Shown piece by piece: positions 53,501 to 60,740 of a DNA stretch of 64,000 bases (position 1 is its first letter; each line of letters begins with the position of its first letter). Position numbers and translations under genes: made by a program. This DNA is from a virus. Below the pieces are notes generated by a model. The model searched no databases. It saw only the letters and a program-made list of their open reading frames with translations, and was not told where the DNA came from. The stretch covers positions 32,001 to 96,000 of IMG/VR virus record IMGVR_UViG_3300023210_000013. One strand, written 5' to 3'.

Positions 53501-54418
53501 TTATTTTAAAGATAATAACATATCTATTAACCCTGGGTGAGGATAGCAATCAAATTTATCTCTCCTTACATTAGTATGAGTTAATAGACCTTTTACTTTA
53601 CCGTAATAAGCATCTTCTTGAAATTCAAATGCTTTAGTTGGTCCATACTTTTTAATCCATTGTACTAAACCAATTCTAATATCTATATTGTCTCTTTCAC
53701 CAATATATCTTAACCATTTTTCTAATTCAGTTAATTGTTTATCAGAATAGTTGTGCCAAGTTAAGTAACCTTTAAAAGGTTCAGCTAAAGTACATGTTTG
53801 TTCTGGGGTTGCTTTTTGACCAGCATAAGTCAATCCGTCTTTTAAATATCCAAAGTTATTTAATTCAATACCTACTGAATGACGATTCATATAACCTGAT
53901 CCGGTTTTTCCTAAGTGCCATCCTTGACCTCCTTCTGGAAAAGCTTGAACCATTACACCATCATGATCTGCATTATTATTAGTAATCTTTTGACCACCTA
54001 ATACAAATTCAGTTGCTACACGTCCTCTACTATCTCTACCCCAATGGTCTACAGTTTTGTATGGACTGTTCCAACCTGCAGTATGATGTAGAAAGATATA
54101 CTCATTGTGTATTGGTCCTTCTAGATACTGACCTTTAGGTAAATAGTGTTTATGTATTTTTTGATTGTAAGCAGTTTCAAAGAATTGTTCCTGCTGATCA
54201 GTGTCTTCATCAATGGCTTCATAGCCATAAGGTCTAACAAATAACATCTGCATGGTTACAGCTCCCACCATACCATCAGGTTTTAAGTCATTACTTAATT
54301 GATATTGAATCACTCTTTTTAAAGTAACTTCACCAAAGACGCCATCTGCTTTGAGTCTAAGCATTTGTTGTAGCTTAACTACTTCAGGACCTTTAGATCC
54401 CAGCTTTAGTAAATCCAT
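53501..54418 (-). CDS. Endolysin: PG-binding domain plus N-acetylmuramoyl-L-alanine amidase (Amidase_2)
   Basis: LKLGSKGPEVVKLQ..ADGVFG..PDGMVG; IFLHHTAG, WHLG, SVGIEL, LTHTNVRRDKFDC. Confidence 0.85.
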   Translation of the reverse strand: MDLLKLGSKGPEVVKLQQMLRLKADGVFGEVTLKRVIQYQLSNDLKPDGMVGAVTMQMLFVRPYGYEAIDEDTDQQEQFFETAYNQKIHKHYLPKGQYLEGPIHNEYIFLHHTAGWNSPYKTVDHWGRDSRGRVATEFVLGGQKITNNNADHDGVMVQAFPEGGQGWHLGKTGSGYMNRHSVGIELNNFGYLKDGLTYAGQKATPEQTCTLAEPFKGYLTWHNYSDKQLTELEKWLRYIGERDNIDIRIGLVQWIKKYGPTKAFEFQEDAYYGKVKGLLTHTNVRRDKFDCYPHPGLIDMLLSLK

Positions 54419-54420
54419 AG

Positions 54421-54702
54421 TTAAGACTTTTTAAGCGTGCGTGTCTTAGCCATTTCTTTTTCAAACTCTTCTGCAGCTTCAGGTTTTTCACCACCTTCTT
54501 CTTGAGCAGCATAAGCTTGTGCTAAGAACATTTGAGCTTGTAGTCTTTCTACTCTTGCTTTTTCTACGTCTCTTAAAAGTTCTTCATACTCCTTCTGTAC
54601 TTTAAGGTGTTTGATGTTTTCTTTGTAGAATGTGGTAATCTCAACTCTTCTTTCAGCAAGTTCTTCTTTGCTAAGTTCTGGTGCTTGTTTTTCTGTTGAC
54701 AT
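54421..54702 (-). CDS. Hypothetical coiled-coil protein
   Basis: Clean ORF with an upstream TAnnTTTG element. Confidence 0.5.
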   Translation of the reverse strand: MSTEKQAPELSKEELAERRVEITTFYKENIKHLKVQKEYEELLRDVEKARVERLQAQMFLAQAYAAQEEGGEKPEAAEEFEKEMAKTRTLKKS

Positions 54703-54728
54703 AATTGTTGGTTTTATATTTATACCAA

Positions 54729-54736
54729 CAAATATA
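54729..54736 (-). promoter_or_regulatory. Bacteroidota-type -7 promoter element TAnnTTTG
   Basis: TATATTTG here. Also intergenic at 42491-42498 (TACTTTTG), 25672-25679 (TATCTTTG) and 22884-22891 (TATATTTG). Confidence 0.5.
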
Positions 54737-54820
54737 GAAAAAAAGTTTAAATAAAAAAAGTTTAAGGGACTTATTTATAATTAGATTTTAAATCCGGTGT
54801 GAACGTAATTTAGATTACGC

Positions 54821-54952
54821 TTATTTTTTTACGCACTTGTTTACCATTTTAGTTCTACCAGAACTAGTTTTTTTACCACTTGGTGATTTCTTTTTACCTA
54901 CAGCTTTGTATCCTTTCCAACAGCTAAGTCCTTTCTTCTTTGCTTTTGCCAT
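54821..54952 (-). CDS. 43-aa very basic microprotein with CWKGY motif
   Basis: Hand-translated as MAKAKKKGLSCWKGYKAVGKKKSPSGKKTSSGRTKMVNKCVKK. TAATG-coupled to the upstream gene. Confidence 0.65.
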   Translation of the reverse strand: MAKAKKKGLSCWKGYKAVGKKKSPSGKKTSSGRTKMVNKCVKK

Positions 54953-55206
54953 TACTTTCTTGATTTAGCTCCTGAACATTTCCAACGCTTACGTGATAAG
55001 TTGTTTGGTGTGTTAGGATCATTAGCTTTTTTCTTAGACACTCTTTTCTTAATACCTAAACTTCTAGCACAATAACTGTCACCCTTAGACGTACCGGGTT
55101 TTACTCTAGGTCCACCACCTTTAGCTTTACCTGCTTGACCGTAACTAACTTTTTTACCAGACTTGGTTATCTTAACTTTTGCTTTTCCTTTCCTTGGTGT
55201 TGCCAT
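54952..55206 (-). CDS. Small very basic protein (84 aa)
   Basis: MATPRKGKAK...SYCARS...SRKRWKC. ATG at 55206 is TAATG-coupled to the upstream gene. Confidence 0.65.
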   Translation of the reverse strand: MATPRKGKAKVKITKSGKKVSYGQAGKAKGGGPRVKPGTSKGDSYCARSLGIKKRVSKKKANDPNTPNNLSRKRWKCSGAKSRK

Positions 55207-55514
55207 TATTCTTTTGTATTTAATAATTTTAAAAGAACACCACACTTCTCATACTCTTCAAACTCTTCAAAAAAAGCTATCATGTTTTCAAGATCTTCTG
55301 TAGTGTGACCATTATCTACGTCATGTGCTACAGCAGTCATCCCATCAGGTTCTGCATCTAGAATCTCTGTGAATGTGGTTTCTTTTGTTACCATTCTATA
55401 AGAATTATTAAACGCTTTATGCATAAGCATATCTTCTACTTCTATTTGCTCTGTCTCAGTTAAGCCTTCAAACATTGAGTCATCCATCTCTGAAAAGTCA
55501 TCATAATCACCCAT
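55206..55514 (-). CDS. Acidic hypothetical protein, first gene of the minus-strand block
   Basis: D/E-rich, with a UVR-like EEYEKC..L C-terminus and an upstream late motif. Confidence 0.55.
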   Translation of the reverse strand: MGDYDDFSEMDDSMFEGLTETEQIEVEDMLMHKAFNNSYRMVTKETTFTEILDAEPDGMTAVAHDVDNGHTTEDLENMIAFFEEFEEYEKCGVLLKLLNTKE

Positions 55515-55547
55515 AGTTACAGTTTTTTTAATTGATTCTTATATATA

Positions 55548-55558
55548 TAATATACTAA
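55548..55558 (-). promoter_or_regulatory. Putative phage late promoter motif TTWGTAWWTTA
   Basis: The same motif lies upstream of minus-strand genes at 40222-40232, 38857-38867, 25283-25293, 21590-21600, 8979-8989 and 4251-4261. Confidence 0.6.
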
Positions 55559-55759
55559 TTTTTAATGTCAAAATTAAATTTTTTTTAAACAAAATACAAA
55601 TATAAGATCCCCCCTTCTATTACAAGCAAATGTTGCCCCCGGTCCTCAGAAAGTTTTATGTATGGCATTGGTGAGAGGTGGTACTATTCAACTCCCCAGC
55701 AAAATTTTGCGGTTATGGTACCCCCGCTTCTGCGGTACCAACACTTAAATTATATCATT

Positions 55760-56050
55760 ATGTACTTTTACAAATTTACAAACTCAAACAAAGGAATCGT
55801 TACAACTGAGCAACCTCTAACTGGTAGTGCTACCAAGAAGATCACCAAGGTTATTGGTGGTGTGGAAATGGAAGTCCTACAACAACGTGATCAAATAGAA
55901 GGTCTCAAGTTTGGATTTACTGCTATAAGCCCAGACGTTGTGGCTCAAATGGACCTGAAGGTTGGTGATGAGTTGCCACTGGAACTGACAGACAAAGCTG
56001 TCAAAAACAGAGAGGGTGAAGAAATCCCAAATCTGTACTGGGCTCACTAA
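55760..56050 (+). CDS. Early hypothetical protein, paralogue A (96 aa)
   Basis: The start at 55760 (MYFYKF) was chosen by alignment to paralogue B. Confidence 0.75.
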   Translation: MYFYKFTNSNKGIVTTEQPLTGSATKKITKVIGGVEMEVLQQRDQIEGLKFGFTAISPDVVAQMDLKVGDELPLELTDKAVKNREGEEIPNLYWAH

Positions 56051-56232
56051 GAGTCCCAATGTTAAAGCACCAAGTGTCAAAGCTTGGTGCAATAACAACA
56101 ACAACAATGGGAAGGTGAAAGCTCCCATCCTTGTTGTCCCTCATGCTGCAGCCATTACTTATCTTTTAAAATTAAAGGCATTGGTGATGTTCCCATGCCG
56201 CAGACATTAGCTATCTTTTAGCCCTGGAATAA

Positions 56233-56277
56233 GATCCCTCTCCCCCCCATTGATCCCTCTCCCCAGCTAAATGTTGC
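56233..56277. repeat. C-rich direct repeat (GATCCCTCTCCCC x2) plus a 19-nt box shared with 55692-55710
   Basis: Read directly from the sequence. Confidence 0.8.
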
Positions 56278-56309
56278 AATCAATTAATCATTTAAACTTG
56301 CATAAAATT

Positions 56310-56585
56310 ATGACGTATTTTTACAAACTTACGCAGACTGGTAAAGGAATAGTAACCACTACTGCACCGTTGAACAAAACAACGGAAATCAAAAATATTG
56401 GTGGAGTTGAAACTGAAGTAAGAGTTCAGAATCAAGATGTATCATTTGGCTTTACTGCTATATCAGCAGACACTGCCGCGCAGATGAACCTAGCAATAGG
56501 TGATGAACTGCCACTTGAAATCACAGATAAGCCTGTGAAAAACAAGGATGGTGAGGTAATACCCAACATGTTTTGGGCTCACTAG
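56310..56585 (+). CDS. Early hypothetical protein, paralogue B (91 aa)
   Basis: Shares YFYK, KGIVTT, IGGVE, FGFTAIS, GDELPLE.TDK.VKN and IPN..WAH with paralogue A. Confidence 0.75.
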   Translation: MTYFYKLTQTGKGIVTTTAPLNKTTEIKNIGGVETEVRVQNQDVSFGFTAISADTAAQMNLAIGDELPLEITDKPVKNKDGEVIPNMFWAH

Positions 56586-56600
56586 CACATGATGCTAACA

Positions 56601-56639
56601 TAACACGGAGATCTAATAAATCTCTGTGTTATTTTATTT
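56601..56639 (+). terminator. Terminator-like hairpin after paralogue B
   Basis: TAACACGGAGAT/ATCTCTGTGTTA stem followed by a T-rich tail. Confidence 0.6.
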
Positions 56640-56946
56640 AAAACACACGTTGCACACTAAAGGTGACATCATATAACCCATATAAGCACACTTTAAGCAA
56701 TGATATTAATTATCTTATCCATATATATAGATATAGCTATAAAGATCACTTAGGCAGAGCAAACTATTACATAGTAGTTGTTATCTCTCTCTATAGTATC
56801 TTATGTATCTCTTCTTATATGAATAGTATTATATTACCCGGAATATTACAACAGGCACATAGATATATACCTGTATAAACATGGTTGGTCTAATCCAGTG
56901 AGCTGCTGGCGTAAGAGAGAACTTACAGTAATCTAAACTCAACTAA

Positions 56947-57190
56947 TAGAATAAGTGTAGCAAGACAAAATAAAGGCTAAGACGTTAGTCATCCTACTGT
57001 CACTAGATGACAGCTTGTAAATGCCATGTCAGCAGGGATGCTACACTTATATCTATAACTCTTAATGGTTAACGTCAGATACATGTATCAAATAGTTAAT
57101 CAGTTATATACTTTTGTGAATTAACAGTATACCTGGAACCCATCGTGGTGTAAAGGCAGACAGGTTGGGATACCCTACAAAAGTATATTA
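56947..57190 (+). ncRNA. Two candidate structured RNA elements
   Basis: Perfect 12-bp closing stems at 56951-56962/57039-57050 and 57106-57117/57177-57188, each with internal hairpins. No ORF. Confidence 0.5.
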
Positions 57191-57235
57191 TATAATAACA
57201 TCACCTAAAGCTGAAGAGCATTGTACTATCCTATT

Positions 57236-57451
57236 ATGTCAAAAGAAATAACAAGTACAATATTTATAAAAGATGCAGAGATAGATAAGTTTGTATTATC
57301 TATTGGAGGTAGTATAAGAACCACACCATTTAAAACATATAAACCACCTGTTGGGTTATCATTTGATTTTAATTGGGTAAGAGATGGTGTTGAAATAGAC
57401 CTATTCAAAATAATTAATCATTTAAAACTAAATCGTAATGGTAAAGACTAA
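57236..57451 (+). CDS. Hypothetical protein
   Basis: ORF with a likely ATG at 57236; overlaps the next start. Confidence 0.4.
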   Translation: MSKEITSTIFIKDAEIDKFVLSIGGSIRTTPFKTYKPPVGLSFDFNWVRDGVEIDLFKIINHLKLNRNGKD

Positions 57452-57638
57452 AACTATGCTATTAAGCATAACCGTATTCATAATCACAGTAGTAATATTT
57501 AACACACTCGTATGGTATCTACAAGATACTTGGACATTCAAAGAATGCTTTGGCCATGGTGCAACAATAGGCTTCTCAGTTATATTTGCTTGGATACCTG
57601 CTGGTATCGTAGGAAATGATTACTACAATCGTATTTAA
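57438..57638 (+). CDS. Small two-TM membrane protein
   Basis: Two hydrophobic segments; AATCATTTAA leader motif. Confidence 0.6.
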   Translation: MVKTKTMLLSITVFIITVVIFNTLVWYLQDTWTFKECFGHGATIGFSVIFAWIPAGIVGNDYYNRI

Positions 57639-57640
57639 AG

Positions 57641-58349
57641 AGAACACCCGTGAGGCTAGCGGGCGTGTTAGAGTGTCACGTAGATACACTTAAGAGGATA
57701 GCTTGTCAGCTTGGCTCTGCATATGTTAGGACTATAGGTCTGTTGTAGGTTTGACAACCCTGAACCATATGTTGATTTGCTAGTTTAACATAAACTAGAA
57801 TCGTCAACCGGGGAAACGGTCAAGTAGAGGTAACCAAGCTCTACATTTTTTTAACAATATTATAAATAACTAGTCAATAAAAGCAGTAGTGGCTACCTGC
57901 AGATAAACAATGTTAAGTTGAAGGTGGAATAGTTAGACTATTCATAAGCCCATGTGTATGTAAACTGCATACAATAGACTCATCATCGTGGCCTTGACTA
58001 GTTTTCTATTAAAGTCTAAAAGCAAAGATAACCTCACTTGTAAAACAAGGGTAGATACCATAACAATTGGTTGAGTGAGTAAAGAATCAGGGAAATAAGG
58101 TTATGCGTTAAAACCTGAATGATTGCTATAGACTAAAAATACGTGTTTAGGTAATTCTAAACTAGTGTGACACACATGAAGTGAAGTAGGTTAATTACCT
58201 ATAGTGTCTAATCAACCAATGAGTATGTTGGTAGGTGTTGGTCTCACCTGATAATCAAATGACTTATTCCTAACTATGTAAAGCAATAATGTAATTCTCA
58301 TAGGACAACCGTGCCAGTTGAAGTTGGATAAAATAGACTGGCTTTTTTT
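57641..58349 (+). ncRNA. Cluster of candidate structured RNAs ending in terminators
   Basis: About 700 nt with no ORF of 60 aa or more and many hairpins. Closing stems at 57868-57877/57994-58003 and 58013-58025/58123-58134. Terminator-like ends at 57824-57852 and 58313-58349. Confidence 0.55.
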
Positions 58350-58374
58350 ACAAACCACTTAACAAAATCATATC

Positions 58375-58563
58375 ATGGATAAATTTACTAGAATTAGCGT
58401 ACACATTGCTGCTTATTTTGTAGCATTCAATCTATTTAGAGTTGCACACCACTCATCAGGAGAAGGTAACTGGCAAATCTCTATTATGTTCTTCGTATTA
58501 GGCGTATTCACAATGTATATACCGTCAATGCTAACAGCAAAAGAAAAAAAAAATAATCACTAA
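58375..58563 (+). CDS. Small two-TM membrane protein
   Basis: Two hydrophobic segments, basic tail, AACCACTTAA leader. Confidence 0.6.
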   Translation: MDKFTRISVHIAAYFVAFNLFRVAHHSSGEGNWQISIMFFVLGVFTMYIPSMLTAKEKKNNH

Positions 58564-58582
58564 CCATTTAATCATAAGAACT

Positions 58583-58744
58583 ATGAAAACTAAATCACTT
58601 TACTTATTACTTGCATTGTTTCTGGTTACACCAGTACTACAATCATGCGGATCATCCAAACGTGGATGTAAAAAGATGAGAAAATACCGTACTTACTCAT
58701 TTGGAGACAACCAACAAGAAACACAAACTTACAGATTGGGATAG
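58583..58744 (+). CDS. Small lipoprotein (53 aa)
   Basis: Hand-translated as MKTKSLYLLLALFLVTPVLQS-CGSSKRGCKK...: basic N-region, hydrophobic core and lipobox LQSC. Confidence 0.7.
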   Translation: MKTKSLYLLLALFLVTPVLQSCGSSKRGCKKMRKYRTYSFGDNQQETQTYRLG

Positions 58745-58790
58745 ATAGACTATCCCTTTTACATTTATCAACCACTTAATCTTATCAATC

Positions 58791-59075
58791 ATGAGAATAC
58801 ACATTAAAGAACCAAGCAGATTTGCTATGCTCAATGGAAACATTGTGCTTACACACTTTCAAGACACACACAATACTATCATACGTAACAGTGATGGAGA
58901 TATACAACGTGTTAAGAATGAAAAATTAGAAGGCTTAACTTTAGAAGAGTTAAATGAAGGCCTATTAGAGAACATATCGTTACGTGAAGTAGCTGCAATA
59001 GAAGAATACATTGTAGTTGGTGATCATAATAATGATGATGAATCATACATGGCTTACGTCACATCTTATTCTTAA
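58791..59075 (+). CDS. Hypothetical protein
   Basis: ORF with AACCACTTAA leader. Confidence 0.55.
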   Translation: MRIHIKEPSRFAMLNGNIVLTHFQDTHNTIIRNSDGDIQRVKNEKLEGLTLEELNEGLLENISLREVAAIEEYIVVGDHNNDDESYMAYVTSYS

Positions 59076-59101
59076 CCAATTAATATCTTAATATACACTT
59101 T

Positions 59102-59227
59102 ATGAAAAATTTAAAAATCAAATTTGGCTACGCTGAATTCATTGGGCTTGGAATAGCTTGGCAGTATGATAGAGCAGCTATCATAATACCTTTTCTTATG
59201 ATTGAAATCATATGGAAAAAGAGATAA
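59102..59227 (+). CDS. 41-aa hydrophobic microprotein
   Basis: Hand-translated as MKNLKIKFGYAEFIGLGIAWQYDRAAIIIPFLMIEIIWKKR. Confidence 0.45.
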   Translation: MKNLKIKFGYAEFIGLGIAWQYDRAAIIIPFLMIEIIWKKR

Positions 59228-59415
59228 TAACTATCAGACTTAAAAACAAACACGCACTATAGATCGTACTAACAATACCAGTACTTCTATATCTTATATA
59301 ATGATCTTACTACTGTGGGATCATAAATGTTAAACATGGTGATGTATGTTTAAGTGGTGAATGGATCTTACCTGGGAATTCCTGGGTAAGGTTGCATTCT
59401 TTTATAAAAGAAATT

Positions 59416-59964
59416 ATGTCTACAACAATATCAGAACAAACCGTATACAACTTACTTGTATCTGCATTAGATAACAAGTCTATAGATAAAAGCTTATTTG
59501 TTAAAGCAGTAATGAAAGCCTGTAATGGGTCTTCAAGAATGGAATATTTATTACATTTACTGCATAACAAAGGAAGTATAATAACCAAACAAGGAGATTA
59601 CTTTACCACAATAGCACCAAAGTATCATCAAGGTGATAAATTTAACTATGATACTTTAAAAGATCTAGGCTTATGTACTGATGACTATGAAGTCTACGGT
59701 AAAATAGTTAATGATGAAGGTTGGGGTAATGATTATGATCCTTTTTATGGTAGAGTTAAAACCATATTATTTTACCATGACACAGATGGTAAGATGAAAC
59801 ATTATGATGAGACTATAAATACTTCAAGTTTAAATATAATTAATAAATCTCAAATATCATATTTTAAAAGTTTAACTCATGGCAAAGATCTCAAAAGAAC
59901 TCCTAAGAAAAGAAATCAAGGACTGGAAAACCTTGAAGAAATTACTACACAGACAAGTAGTTAA
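59416..59964 (+). CDS. Hypothetical protein
   Basis: ORF; ATG at 59416 is preferred over the TTG at 59392, which lies inside a hairpin. Confidence 0.55.
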   Translation: MSTTISEQTVYNLLVSALDNKSIDKSLFVKAVMKACNGSSRMEYLLHLLHNKGSIITKQGDYFTTIAPKYHQGDKFNYDTLKDLGLCTDDYEVYGKIVNDEGWGNDYDPFYGRVKTILFYHDTDGKMKHYDETINTSSLNIINKSQISYFKSLTHGKDLKRTPKKRNQGLENLEEITTQTSS

Positions 59965-60097
59965 CTTTGGACCTTATATGGAAAAAAAGTATAAGATGAG
60001 AGATAGCAATCTAAGCCAAGTAGAAAATAACAGAGAAGCTATCAGAATAATACTTAAAAATTATGTCCAAGAACTACAGGTTTGGAATAGTTTCTAA
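59879..60097 (+). CDS. Hypothetical protein
   Basis: ORF in an overlapping gene run. Confidence 0.5.
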   Translation: MAKISKELLRKEIKDWKTLKKLLHRQVVNFGPYMEKKYKMRDSNLSQVENNREAIRIILKNYVQELQVWNSF

Positions 60098-60311
60098 GGA
60101 AGTTATTGAAGATCCTGAGTTAAGCCTGGGTGCTAAAGCATTATATAGTTTATTATGTACTTATGCAAATAAGCAAAGAGAGTGCTTCCCTTCCATATCA
60201 ACCCTGTCAGATTATTTAAATATCTCTACCAGATACACGGATAAACTGATAAAGGAACTGAAATCCAAAGGTTATATTGCCAGAACAGGTAGAGTTCTAA
60301 AATTAAAATAA
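60063..60311 (+). CDS. Winged-HTH DNA-binding protein (replication initiator N-terminal-like)
   Basis: LSLGAKALYSLL...CFPSISTLSDYLNISTRY...IKELKSKGYI. Confidence 0.75.
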   Translation: MSKNYRFGIVSKEVIEDPELSLGAKALYSLLCTYANKQRECFPSISTLSDYLNISTRYTDKLIKELKSKGYIARTGRVLKLK

Positions 60312-60425
60312 AATACATAGCTATATATATGCTGTTTATTTAGAGTACTTAACCTTATATAGGTTATAATTACTGTATCAATACGTTTTAAATTATTACT
60401 TTTACATATATACTATGTACAAAAA

Positions 60426-60704
60426 ATGATTTACCAATTACCAAATGGACGTATAATAGAACTATCAGTGGAGCAATTCCTAGATCTAAATGATACAGAA
60501 CTTAAAGACCTTAATGGTTTAAGTACTGCATACAGTCATGAGTGTGGTAATCCTTTCTATAACTTATTTTGTAAAACAACAGATGACAAAGAAATCACTA
60601 TGGTTGAAACTCTTCTAGAAGATGAAGAATTCTCCCATGATTTATTTGATGTTGATGTACAAGAAAAGCTAGATGATGATTACTTTCACAGAGATGACAC
60701 ATAA
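60426..60704 (+). CDS. Acidic hypothetical protein
   Basis: Clean ORF. Confidence 0.55.
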   Translation: MIYQLPNGRIIELSVEQFLDLNDTELKDLNGLSTAYSHECGNPFYNLFCKTTDDKEITMVETLLEDEEFSHDLFDVDVQEKLDDDYFHRDDT

Positions 60705-60740
60705 TATCATATAAATCTAATTTTTTAAAACCAAAGAAAA

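Noticed and set aside
993-54000. Short plus-strand ORFs within the late block
   Set aside because: They are antisense to long, motif-bearing genes and have no independent support.
53100-54750. Holin/spanin next to the endolysin
   Set aside because: The neighbouring ORFs lack transmembrane segments or a lipobox.
56016-56878. ORFs 56016-56210 and 56663-56878
   Set aside because: GTG starts, no leader motif and low-complexity translations. Better explained as structured or AT-rich non-coding DNA.
57205-57250. Hammerhead ribozyme core suggested by CTGAAGA at 57211
   Set aside because: No stem II leading to a correctly placed GAAA, and no flanking stems I/III.
56880-58350. tRNA genes, tmRNA or a CRISPR array in the non-coding region
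   Set aside because: No T-loop (GTTCRA) cloverleaf and no regularly spaced direct repeats were seen.
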